NCBI GenBank assembly: GCA_041667145.1
Contig: JBAYFP010000003.1
Span: forward strand, 8,424 to 72,423
Source: Minisyncoccota bacterium
GTDB lineage: Bacteria > Patescibacteriota > Minisyncoccia > Phycocordibacterales > UBA9973
DNA length: 64,000 nucleotides
Reading direction: 5' to 3'
The notes under the pieces are model-generated. The model was given only the letters and a program-made list of their open reading frames with translations, was not told the origin of the DNA and searched no databases. The position numbers and the translations under genes are program-made. Of this stretch, positions 28,880 through 37,822 are shown one piece after another (the stretch's first letter is position 1; each line of letters begins with the position of its first letter).

Positions 28880-29075
28880 ATATAAATTAAAAAACTCGTC
28901 CACGTACAACAATTAATAATTGCTATACAAGGACGAGTTTCTTCTCGTGGTACCACCTTGGTTACTTCTCATTACCGCTATAACGGGCTTACCCGTCGGG
29001 TTCTACTTAATTTCCTCCCGAAGCTCAGAGGTGATAACCTCCTCAATGCCTATAAATAAAGTATAGCATAAAATT
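28880..29075 (-). promoter_or_regulatory. T-box riboswitch leader upstream of ileS (putative Ile specifier; terminator/antiterminator).
   Basis: The minus strand reads AACCAAGGTGGTACCACGAG, which matches the T-box consensus AGGGUGGNACCGCG at 12 of 14 positions. A downstream helix CTCGTCC...GGACGAG plus UUUUUU ends 12 nt before the ATG. An upstream hairpin GAGG-AGGTTATCA-CCTC contains AUC. Confidence 0.65.
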
Positions 29076-29084
29076 TAAATTTTT

Positions 29085-30833
29085 CTACACCACCTCTTGC
29101 TGATAACATTTCTCACAATAGATCAAAAAGTTCTCTGATAGATCAAAAACAGTCTCCATATCTTTTTTACATTTTCCACATACTGCTCTATATTTCTTAC
29201 CTTCTTTAACGAAAGAAAGTCTATTTTCTATTCGTAATAACGGATGTGTATCTGGAAGAGGTAAATTCATTCTTCGATAAAACTCAAGCTCAGAACTAGC
29301 TACTCTAAAGGGCCTCCCACTTTTCACGCAAAGTATCGCTTTATTTAAAATATCATCTGGTATTTCTTGAATAGTTTTAGGTAAATCAGAGTATTTTACA
29401 ACCTCAATATTACCGACATTTGTTTCTGGCTCTTTCGCAATATAACCACCAAGCTTCAATATCTCTTCATCACTAAGTGGAAAAGAAATCTGGGCTAAAG
29501 AAAAATTATAGGCTTGGGCTGAAAATTCTAAGCCCAATCCATCTCCATATTCTCCCCTATTAAGCATGTCAGTTTTTATCTCATCAACTATTCTAAAATA
29601 TTCCTCTTCAGAATATTGTTTATTTAAAACACAATAAGATTTATTCTGAAGTCCAAAACACATGAAACAATTATTTAAGTTTTTTGAATTAAAAATAAAT
29701 TCACAATCTGTACAAAATTTTGATGACACAGAAAATTTCACCCTACTAGACTGTGAACCGACATTAATATTCATATAAACCTGACTTGAATTACCGCCAG
29801 AGAAAAGAAAGTCCATAGAATCTTTATGAGACATGGCTCCGTCTCCATGTCTAACGTTTTCAGAATTATTCGCATCTATCACATCATACAAATTTCTCGA
29901 ATTCTTTATATTCACACCAAAAACATTACTAGAAGCGACATTTCTAGATCCGTTTATTGGGAGTCTTTTAACTAACTCCCAAAATTTTTCTTGGTAACTT
30001 AATATTTTATCTAAAGTAAGTGGGTAAACTGTATTTAAAAAATTTTCATATTCATCTTTAGAGTATTGTTCATTAAAAACACAATACTTAGCATTACGTA
30101 AATTCACACAGCCAAAACAATTCATACAATTCCGACAATCAAATAATAACATGCTATCTGCGCAACTATTTGAGAAATAAATAAAAGAAGATTTATATAG
30201 ATGATCTGAAAATAAAGCCTCGTAAACAAATTCTGAATCAGTGACTACTTTAGAATCCATTATGTTTCTACTCTTCATTAACATATTTGAATACCATGCA
30301 TCTTCGACATCATAACAAGCCATAACATAATACCCATTCTTTAAATTACGTCCTCCATTTGAATAATCACTATTTACAGAAGATGGATCACGATTTAAAA
30401 AAGACGGCATTGGAAATTTCTTGCGAATTGAAGACAAAACCCTCATCGGGTCGTCGCCTTCTTTATACTTAATTCCAAAAGAAAAAGGATCAAACTCTTC
30501 ACCAATAAAATATTGATAATCGTACACAGGGAATGGACACTCTTCCGGGAATATAGATATCATCATTTCACTATGTCCAGGTGCATCACATTCACGTTTA
30601 AAAAGGCGAGAAAAATTCATGTGTACAAGACGTCGCATTCTTCTACATGTAGGACAAAAATTCGGTGGCGGAACATTAAACATTTTTAAAAATTTAATAT
30701 CTCCTTCTTCAATTTCAAAATCCCCTTCACAATAGGGATGTAAGCCTGACCATTTACATGTTCGCCCATGAGGAATCAGAGAGTCTATTATTTCTTTTAT
30801 TGCACTATCAAATTTTGGCGTTTTATTTGTCAT
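29085..30833 (-). CDS. Hypothetical Cys-rich protein with tandem C-x2-C...N-C-x2-C-F-G-C...Y-C-V-x-N-x-Q-Y-S-x-[DE]-E-Y modules and terminal zinc-ribbon-like CxxC pairs.
   Basis: 582 aa. Two homologous about 60 aa modules (LLFDCRNCMNCFGCVNLRNAKYCVFNEQYSKDEY and FIFNSKNLNNCFMCFGLQNKSYCVLNKQYSEEEY). N-terminal CKWSGLHPYC...CPTC and C-terminal CGKCKK...CEKC. Lies in the argS-ileS operon. Confidence 0.5.
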   Translation of the reverse strand: MTNKTPKFDSAIKEIIDSLIPHGRTCKWSGLHPYCEGDFEIEEGDIKFLKMFNVPPPNFCPTCRRMRRLVHMNFSRLFKRECDAPGHSEMMISIFPEECPFPVYDYQYFIGEEFDPFSFGIKYKEGDDPMRVLSSIRKKFPMPSFLNRDPSSVNSDYSNGGRNLKNGYYVMACYDVEDAWYSNMLMKSRNIMDSKVVTDSEFVYEALFSDHLYKSSFIYFSNSCADSMLLFDCRNCMNCFGCVNLRNAKYCVFNEQYSKDEYENFLNTVYPLTLDKILSYQEKFWELVKRLPINGSRNVASSNVFGVNIKNSRNLYDVIDANNSENVRHGDGAMSHKDSMDFLFSGGNSSQVYMNINVGSQSSRVKFSVSSKFCTDCEFIFNSKNLNNCFMCFGLQNKSYCVLNKQYSEEEYFRIVDEIKTDMLNRGEYGDGLGLEFSAQAYNFSLAQISFPLSDEEILKLGGYIAKEPETNVGNIEVVKYSDLPKTIQEIPDDILNKAILCVKSGRPFRVASSELEFYRRMNLPLPDTHPLLRIENRLSFVKEGKKYRAVCGKCKKDMETVFDLSENFLIYCEKCYQQEVV

Positions 30834-30842
30834 TTTTTATTC

Positions 30843-32603
30843 TTACATCCTTTCTGGAGCTTTGATACCGAGAAGATACAAACCGTTTTTCATAACGAGA
30901 GAAAAGGCTAAGGTTAAAGCCACTCGATAGGATGATTCTTCATCATTTTTATCGATTATTTTTGTATTTCCATAATAAGTATTGAAAGCACGAGCAATTT
31001 CAATCAAATAATTTGCAATATGATGTGGTTCAAATTCCTTTGTGCTTCGTTCTACAATTTCAGGGAATCTATATAAAAGTTTTTCTACTTCGGATATACA
31101 AAGGTCGAACCTTAAAAACCCCGGCAAAATATTTTCTGCCTTTGCTTTTTCTAAAATAGAATTTGCTCGAGCATATGAATATTGTAAATATGGGCCAGAA
31201 TCCCCCTCAAAAGAAATAGACTTCTCAAAATCATAAACAATATCTCCTCCAATGTTTTGTTTCAAGATAGAATATTTAAGCGCGCTTACCCCCACATCTT
31301 TACTTATTTGTTTTTTCTCTTCTTCAGTAAAATCCCTATCTTTTATCTTCTCTGAAATTTCTGCACAAGATTCTCGAATTAATGATTCTCCAGTTATTAC
31401 ATTTCCTTTTCTAGAAGACATCTTCCCTGTCGAAAGGCGCATCATGCCATGAATAATATGCTTCATTTTATGAGCTATCTCAGGATTCATTATTTCAAGC
31501 GCTTTACTGACTACTTTCATATACTCTTCTTGTTCATGCGCAGTCACTACTACAGATAGATCTAAGTTTTTTTCCTTTTCAAATTTCATCTCCGTAAGTC
31601 CAAGCTCTTTCGTCTCATAAGTAGGCAATCCTTGAGAATTCACAAAAACTCGGGTATGAAGTTTTGGGTCATATTTTTCACCATGAAAAACTATTGCTCC
31701 ATCACTTTTTTCAAAAATTTTATTTTCTGAAACTATTTTTAGCCCAATAGGAGCCACGACACTTTCAAAGAAATAATAATTAAAGCTTGTGCCTAGTGTC
31801 TTATAGATCTCTTCAAACGCTTCGAGTGTAATTATTTTCCCCCAATCATAAATTTCATTTATTTTTTTATCACTCTTATCATAAACTTTTCTATTTATTT
31901 CATCAATTTCTTTTTTTGCCTGCTCATCAGCCTCATAGACATCATTTCCTTTTACATAAAGCTCTCCGATATATTGCGCTTTTTCTGTCACAGATTTATT
32001 TTCATCTGGCATTCCAAACTTCAAAAGTCCATAAATTGCTTTTGCCACATGTGGGCCCACATCACCTTGATAATTTGCACGAATCGTTTTAGCCCCAGAA
32101 AACTCTACGATACGAGAGATAGATTCACCTATAGCGTTACTCATCAAATGACCGATATGAAAAGGTTTAAAAGGGTTCGGTTGTGTATATTCCACCATTA
32201 ATTTTTTTCCTTCAAAAATATTGTTGTGTCCAAAATTTTTATTCTCTAAAACTTCTTTCACACTATCTACAAAAAAAGTCTTATTTAAATAAAAATTTAT
32301 AAAGCCAGCACCGGCAACCTGAATTTCGGAAATTAGACCCCCTCCAACCTCCCCCTTCGCAGGGGGAGAGCTTAAATCCCTTAATTCTTTGACTATCTTA
32401 TTTGCTAATTCTTTTGGGTTCGTTTTTAATTCCTTCGCTAAAGTCATAGCAACATTTGTAGAATAATCTCCCATCTTCAAATCTGCTGGATGCTCTAAAG
32501 AAATATCTTCAATTTCTATATTGAGATTTTTAAGAGCATTTTTTATTAAATTTTTTAAATTATGTTGCATTTTTTTATGTAATGTTCTGGTAAAGAATTT
32601 CAA
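30843..32603 (-). CDS. argS: Arginyl-tRNA synthetase.
   Basis: 586 aa. HIGH motif present as HIGH. DALR anticodon-binding C-terminus. Typical N-terminal Arg_tRNA_synt_N segment. Confidence 0.9.
   Translation of the reverse strand: MKFFTRTLHKKMQHNLKNLIKNALKNLNIEIEDISLEHPADLKMGDYSTNVAMTLAKELKTNPKELANKIVKELRDLSSPPAKGEVGGGLISEIQVAGAGFINFYLNKTFFVDSVKEVLENKNFGHNNIFEGKKLMVEYTQPNPFKPFHIGHLMSNAIGESISRIVEFSGAKTIRANYQGDVGPHVAKAIYGLLKFGMPDENKSVTEKAQYIGELYVKGNDVYEADEQAKKEIDEINRKVYDKSDKKINEIYDWGKIITLEAFEEIYKTLGTSFNYYFFESVVAPIGLKIVSENKIFEKSDGAIVFHGEKYDPKLHTRVFVNSQGLPTYETKELGLTEMKFEKEKNLDLSVVVTAHEQEEYMKVVSKALEIMNPEIAHKMKHIIHGMMRLSTGKMSSRKGNVITGESLIRESCAEISEKIKDRDFTEEEKKQISKDVGVSALKYSILKQNIGGDIVYDFEKSISFEGDSGPYLQYSYARANSILEKAKAENILPGFLRFDLCISEVEKLLYRFPEIVERSTKEFEPHHIANYLIEIARAFNTYYGNTKIIDKNDEESSYRVALTLAFSLVMKNGLYLLGIKAPERM
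32337..32380. repeat. P-family palindrome inserted in-frame in argS (ccccctccaacctcccccttcgcagggggagagcttaaatccc).
   Basis: Same 5' half and inner palindrome cctccccct-tcgc-agggggag as the ileS and rnhA copies. Translates as SSPPAKGEVGGG. Confidence 0.75.
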
Positions 32604-32670
32604 GAGTCGTGGGTCCCCTGCCCTTATGACTCCGAGGGCGAAGGCTCAGAAATTTTTTATCAGAACATTA
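32580..32670. repeat. E-family-like hairpin element: arms taatgttctggtaaagaatttc / gaaattttttatcagaacatta around GC-rich core aagagtcgtgggtcccctgcccttatgactccgagggcgaaggctcag.
   Basis: About 20 of 22 nt of the arms are complementary. The core shares tgggtcccctRccc with 11947..12026. Lies between the dut stop and the argS start. Confidence 0.55.
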
Positions 32671-32678
32671 TATATCAT

Positions 32679-33128
32679 TTATTTATGTCCTGTACTTCCT
32701 TCACGTCCATCACCACGGATAGTCTCTGAAAGTTCTCCTACTTCAAGAATATCACAATGTTCAAATTTTTGTATTAGCATTTGCGCAATTTTATGGCCTT
32801 TTTCTAGCACCACCTTTTTATCCCCAGTATTTAATAAATTCATTATTATCTCACCTCTATAACTAGAGTCTATGACCCCACCCATGATTTTAAGACCCAA
32901 ATTGAAGGAAATCCCTGATTTGTCCCAAATTAATCCTACATAGCCTTCCGGTATCTCTACAGCTATTCCAGTAGGCACACGTTCTTGTTTACCAGGTAAA
33001 AATACGACATCCTGCAAAGCATAAAAATCCATCCCTGCATCCCCTGGATGTCCATGTGTCGGTATTTTTGCATCCTTATTTAACTTTTTAACTTTGAATT
33101 GCATATTTATTTGATTTAACAAAATCAC
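32679..33128 (-). CDS. dut: dUTP diphosphatase (start possibly at the internal Met at 33104).
   Basis: GDAGMDF, GVIDSSYRGE and RG..GEGSTG motifs. Confidence 0.9.
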   Translation of the reverse strand: MILLNQINMQFKVKKLNKDAKIPTHGHPGDAGMDFYALQDVVFLPGKQERVPTGIAVEIPEGYVGLIWDKSGISFNLGLKIMGGVIDSSYRGEIIMNLLNTGDKKVVLEKGHKIAQMLIQKFEHCDILEVGELSETIRGDGREGSTGHK

Positions 33129-33818
33129 CTACTTGGTTAAAACCTTTTTAACTTCTTCATAAACTTTATTATGAATATTTTCACGTGTATCTAAAACACC
33201 ATTTTTTAAGCAATCTATTTTTACCCAATTTTTCTGTGTCTTCGCAAGCCATAAAGCACTTTTTATAGAATTCTTTTTAAAATTAAGATCCACTTCATGA
33301 ACATCTTTTTTATTCCCTGCATAAGCTCTAACTGCCTTTTTATTTCTCTCTTTTATTAATCTCTCGACTATATTGAGAGGTAAAGAAAGATAAACAGTAA
33401 TATCAGGTCTTGGAATTTTAAAAACTTTATACTCCATCTCATCTAACCATCTTAAAAAATCAGTTCTTTTTTTAACACTTTTAATCTTTCCTCCTTGGTG
33501 TATCTGATTTGCGCTTACATATCTATCAAGAATAACAATATACCCTTCATTTAAAAACCTCTTTATTTGTTCTGAAGATTCCCATCTATCAGCAGCATAA
33601 AGCACAGAAACGATCTTTGGGTGAACTTTCACAAAATTGTAATATTGCTCGGTCAGGCAGTGTCCAATAAAACCACCGAAAAAATTATTGTAATGTGGAA
33701 AATGTATAGTTTTAATTTTAAAACCTAATTTTTTTAATCTTTTAGCTAAAAGATTTATTTGAGTAGTTTTCCCACTACCATCCGTCGCGTCTATAACTAT
33801 AAGTTTACCTTTTGCCAT
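33129..33818 (-). CDS. tmk: Thymidylate kinase.
   Basis: 229 aa. P-loop IVIDATDGSGKTTQ. DRY motif DRYVSAN. Confidence 0.85.
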   Translation of the reverse strand: MAKGKLIVIDATDGSGKTTQINLLAKRLKKLGFKIKTIHFPHYNNFFGGFIGHCLTEQYYNFVKVHPKIVSVLYAADRWESSEQIKRFLNEGYIVILDRYVSANQIHQGGKIKSVKKRTDFLRWLDEMEYKVFKIPRPDITVYLSLPLNIVERLIKERNKKAVRAYAGNKKDVHEVDLNFKKNSIKSALWLAKTQKNWVKIDCLKNGVLDTRENIHNKVYEEVKKVLTK

Positions 33819-33857
33819 ATAGAAAATATAGCAGAAAAAAGATCAAAATGAAAATTA

Positions 33858-34664
33858 TTATGAATCAAATTCTTTTTTTCTGTATAAATTTGCAATATCT
33901 TCCTCTGTGCCATTTTTAAGTGTTATAGAAATCCATAAATCATAAGGTAAGTAACCAGTTTTCTTATTAATTGAATTAGCTGTACATTCTTTTACTAATT
34001 TCACTATTTTATGAATATCAATGAACTCTGGTACTTTAAATAATTGGTTCACTTCTATAAAAAGTTTTTTGCTTTCTGGAAATTTTTTCTCAAATTTTGA
34101 AAAATACTTCATATAGTGATCAGTTGGAAGTGAAATAGTTCCATATTTATTTACAACATTCCTTGTCCAAAGTTGGTGCCCAGCAAAAATTTCATGGAGT
34201 GCTTCACAAAAACCATCATATTTATCTGCCCAGTCTACCACCATAGATTCAAGAGAATTTTTATTCACTGCTTCATCAAGTAATATTTTATAAACATAAC
34301 CATCTACATTAGAAGGAAATCTTTTTACTAACTCTTTAACTGCTTCTTTCTCTAGGTCATCTAATTTATGAATTTGTTCTTCTGTCATTGTATCTTTATT
34401 CCCTGCTTGAATATCTCCTATAATCATTTCCGCATCATCATGGACCAAAGCTGAAATATAAGCTTTTTTTTCATCAAACTTATCTCCAAATACTTTTTTC
34501 ACCAGAGGAGAAATTTCTTTTACAATCCATGCTACTCTTCTTGAATGAATCCATAAATCAGTCCTATACCACATTACATCATATAAACTATATCTAGTTA
34601 TATTTCGTAAATTATCTTCACGACCAATAAATTTATCTAAATCATTAATAATAATTTCACTCAT
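33858..34664 (-). CDS. HD-domain phosphohydrolase (YfbR-like 5'-deoxynucleotidase-like).
   Basis: 268 aa. HSRRVAWIV...LVHDDAEMIIGD (H...HD...D). Confidence 0.6.
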   Translation of the reverse strand: MSEIIINDLDKFIGREDNLRNITRYSLYDVMWYRTDLWIHSRRVAWIVKEISPLVKKVFGDKFDEKKAYISALVHDDAEMIIGDIQAGNKDTMTEEQIHKLDDLEKEAVKELVKRFPSNVDGYVYKILLDEAVNKNSLESMVVDWADKYDGFCEALHEIFAGHQLWTRNVVNKYGTISLPTDHYMKYFSKFEKKFPESKKLFIEVNQLFKVPEFIDIHKIVKLVKECTANSINKKTGYLPYDLWISITLKNGTEEDIANLYRKKEFDS

Positions 34665-34667
34665 AAT

Positions 34668-35132
34668 TTATTTTTCTCCTAACTCATTTAAGACTTCAGT
34701 TGCATAAAATAAAATATTTGGGCGTAAGTTCATGGTTTTTAATTCTTCTTTAGTCACCCAACGAGTTTCTGCACGTTCATGCTCATTTTTTGATCCAGAA
34801 ATAATGTTTGATTGAGATGTAGCAAAATATATAAGTACCACGTGTTGATGGGTATCATTTACATGGTGAGTAGCGAGATAACGAGGAGCTATGAGATGTT
34901 CATAATCAAATTCATTCTCAATTGCGGGTTTAGAACCAACTATTTTTATATCAAGCCCAACTTCTTCTTTCACTTCTCTCACCGCCGCTTGCAATGGATT
35001 CTCATCAAGCTCGATGTGCCCACCGACAGAAAGCCAAAGATTATGCTTTTCATGAAAACGAAGAAGCACTTTATCTTTATGGACAATAAATACTTCTACA
35101 CAATAATCAATTTTCTCGTGAATATGTGGCAT
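34668..35132 (-). CDS. NUDIX hydrolase.
   Basis: 154 aa. Nudix box GGHIELDENPLQAAVREVKEEVG. Confidence 0.75.
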   Translation of the reverse strand: MPHIHEKIDYCVEVFIVHKDKVLLRFHEKHNLWLSVGGHIELDENPLQAAVREVKEEVGLDIKIVGSKPAIENEFDYEHLIAPRYLATHHVNDTHQHVVLIYFATSQSNIISGSKNEHERAETRWVTKEELKTMNLRPNILFYATEVLNELGEK

Positions 35133-36308
35133 TTAATTCTTTTTTAGAATTTTATGAATTTTCCTAGCTATCAAAATCATATCCTTTTCTTTTTTGCCAC
35201 GAGTAGTCTCCGCGCAAGTACCCAGGCGAATACCAGATGGATCCATCACACTGCGTGTATCTCCAGGAATAGTATTCATATTTACAATAATATTCTCTTT
35301 TTCTAACCTTTCCCCTGCTTCTTTCCCAGAAATACCAACACCATTCATCCACGTATCCATAAGAATCAAATGAGAATCCGTGCCGCCAGAAATAATATGC
35401 CAGCCGAGTTTTTGTAATTCATTAGCTAAAGTTTTTGCATTTTTTACAACTTGTTTTGCATATTTTTTGAAGCTTGGAGTCATTGCTTCTTTTAAAGCAA
35501 TAGCTACAGCAGCAATATTATTTTCGTGTGGTCCACCAAAAAGTCCAGGAATAACCATCTTATCTAATTTTTTATCAAAACCTCTTTCATCTTTTTTTAC
35601 AAATAAGATAGCTTGTCTGGGGCCACGAAGGCTCTTGTGTGTCGTCGTCATGACGCTATCTGCATAAGGAAAAGGCGAAGGATAAACTCCTCCTGCAATG
35701 AGTCCAGCAAAGTGAGACATATCTACATGTAAAATCGCTCCACATGCATCAGCAATCTCTCTAAATTTTTTAAAATCAACAAATCTAGGATAAGCAGTAA
35801 AGCCTGCAACAATAATATCCGGTTTTTCGGCTATTGCTATTTCTTTTAATTTTTTGTAATCAATAACTTCACTCTTTGCATCAAGTTCAAATTGAAGTGG
35901 CTTCCAGAGTTTACCTGTCATTGAAAGAGGATGACCATGAGTCAAATGTCCACCAGAAGTTAATTTCATCCCCATAATTTTTCCACCTAATGGGACTAGA
36001 GCAGAATACAAAGCAAAGTTTGCTGGAGAACCCGAAAGAAGCTGCACATTCACATGCCATTCTTCAGGTTTTAATTTAAAAAGTTTTAAGGCACGCTCTT
36101 TACAAAGATTTTCTACTTTATCAATAACAGTATTTCCACCATAATATCGTTTTCCAGGATATCCCTCAGCATACTTATTTGTAAGTTTTGAACCTAATGC
36201 TTTTAAAATATCATTCGAAACATAATTTTCTGAAGCTATTAAATTAATAACGCTTTTTTGTCTTTTTTCCTCTTCTTTTATTAATCTTTCTACTTGTTTA
36301 TCTTGCAT
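35133..36308 (-). CDS. glyA: Serine hydroxymethyltransferase.
   Basis: 391 aa. LIASENYVS and TTTHKSLRGPR (PLP lysine). Confidence 0.9.
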   Translation of the reverse strand: MQDKQVERLIKEEEKRQKSVINLIASENYVSNDILKALGSKLTNKYAEGYPGKRYYGGNTVIDKVENLCKERALKLFKLKPEEWHVNVQLLSGSPANFALYSALVPLGGKIMGMKLTSGGHLTHGHPLSMTGKLWKPLQFELDAKSEVIDYKKLKEIAIAEKPDIIVAGFTAYPRFVDFKKFREIADACGAILHVDMSHFAGLIAGGVYPSPFPYADSVMTTTHKSLRGPRQAILFVKKDERGFDKKLDKMVIPGLFGGPHENNIAAVAIALKEAMTPSFKKYAKQVVKNAKTLANELQKLGWHIISGGTDSHLILMDTWMNGVGISGKEAGERLEKENIIVNMNTIPGDTRSVMDPSGIRLGTCAETTRGKKEKDMILIARKIHKILKKN

Positions 36309-37156
36309 GTTTTTATTGTATCACATCTCATAATTATTGTGCCTAGCTGGTCAGTTCTCAAAGTTTTTATATTAAATGAAGATAAAATATCTAATATTTC
36401 CTTATGTGGATGACCATACTTATTATCTTTACCATCTGAGATAAATGCATACTCCGGAGAAACAGCCTTCAAAAACTCTGTAGATGTAGAAGTCCGCGAA
36501 CCGTGATGTCCTACCTTCAGAATAGTACTTTGCAATTTTTCTTTTGAATTTTCTTGAAGAATTATTTTTTCTGTTTTTATCGTTGCGTCTCCTGTAAGTA
36601 CTATCGAAGTCTCGCCATAAGAAAGTCGCGCTACAGTAGATCCTTCGTTCGTCGCCCAAGAAGAAACGTCTCTATCTGGGAATAAAATATTTACCACTAC
36701 TCCACCACCAATATCGAGCTTCATCCCCCTTTTTACTAAGATGTCAGGGATATTATTTTTCTTAATCTCATCTTTCAAATTTTGATATGTTTTAGAATCA
36801 GTCAATGTACCTGACTCAAACATTTTACCTACCTTATAAATTTTTAAAACATCTAAAAACCCAGCGATATGGTCTGCATCTGGATTGGTAATAATGAATG
36901 CATCTATTGTTCTATCAAAAGGAGACATCACTTTAGAAAGTTGACTTAAAATCTTTTTCGGTGGTCCACCATCCACTAATATTTGTATACCTGTCGGAGA
37001 CTCAATAAATAAAGCATCACCTTGACCGACATCTAACATTGCAAAAGTAAAACCTCTATGAGAACTCTGCCAATCAAAATAAAAAATAAAAATATTCGTC
37101 ATCAAAAGCAAACAAACAAGAATAAACAACCAGTATTTTTTGCAATTCTCAAACAT
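36290..37156 (-). CDS. comEC: ComEC-type metallo-beta-lactamase domain protein (C-terminal part of a split ComEC).
   Basis: 288 aa. N-terminal TM segment. MLDVGQGDALFIESPTGIQILVDGG and NPDADHIAGF match the ComEC lactamase-B domain. Confidence 0.7.
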   Translation of the reverse strand: MFENCKKYWLFILVCLLLMTNIFIFYFDWQSSHRGFTFAMLDVGQGDALFIESPTGIQILVDGGPPKKILSQLSKVMSPFDRTIDAFIITNPDADHIAGFLDVLKIYKVGKMFESGTLTDSKTYQNLKDEIKKNNIPDILVKRGMKLDIGGGVVVNILFPDRDVSSWATNEGSTVARLSYGETSIVLTGDATIKTEKIILQENSKEKLQSTILKVGHHGSRTSTSTEFLKAVSPEYAFISDGKDNKYGHPHKEILDILSSFNIKTLRTDQLGTIIMRCDTIKTCKINK

Positions 37157-37222
37157 ATTTTAATATTAACATGGAGAAATAAACATCTTCATATTAATTT
37201 CATTAAAATTGTGTCATAATTC

Positions 37223-37822
37223 ATGTATATGAAAACATTCACACAAAAAAGTTTTAATATAGATGAACTAAAAGGTATATCAACTAAAAATATAGAAGAA
37301 CATTTGAAACTTTATGCAGGATATGTAAATCAAACAAATCTTGTACTTGAAAAAATAAATGAACTATCTGAAAATGCTGAAACAAATATGGGTATTTTAA
37401 GTGGACTACAAAGAAGGTTTAGTTTTGAATATAATGGCATGCGAAACCATGAAATCTATTTTGAATCGCTTTCAGGTAAAGCAAATACCCTAGAAGGGGG
37501 CAGTAAATTAAGAGAAGCCATAACAGCAGAATGGGGTTCGTTTGAAAAATGGCTCGCATTGTTTAAAGCTATCGCCACGACGAGAGGTGTCGGCTGGGCA
37601 ATACTTTATTTTGATAAAAAAGAGAATAGATTATTAAATGCTTGGGTTGATGAACAACATTTAGGTCAGCTCCAAGACTGTACACCTATCATAGCTCTCG
37701 ACATGTGGGAACATGCTTATCTCTTTGACTATATACCAGCAGATAAGAAAAAATATATTGAAGCTTTTTTTGAAAATATTAACTGGGAAGTAATTGAAGA
37801 AAATTTTAAAAAGGCTCAATAA
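37223..37822 (+). CDS. sodA: Fe/Mn superoxide dismutase.
   Basis: 199 aa. DMWEHAY signature and N-terminal metal-ligand His residues. Confidence 0.9.
   Translation: MYMKTFTQKSFNIDELKGISTKNIEEHLKLYAGYVNQTNLVLEKINELSENAETNMGILSGLQRRFSFEYNGMRNHEIYFESLSGKANTLEGGSKLREAITAEWGSFEKWLALFKAIATTRGVGWAILYFDKKENRLLNAWVDEQHLGQLQDCTPIIALDMWEHAYLFDYIPADKKKYIEAFFENINWEVIEENFKKAQ

Noticed and set aside
28880-28912. ileS start at the TTG at 28912 as in the ORF track
   Set aside because: This interval contains the T-box terminator 3' strand and its U6 run, so it should be leader rather than coding sequence. The ATG at 28879 (MEKEKN...) is the more plausible start.
32580-32670. T-box or other leader upstream of argS
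   Set aside because: No GGUGGNACC-type T-box sequence is present. The structure fits the E-family-like hairpin class instead.
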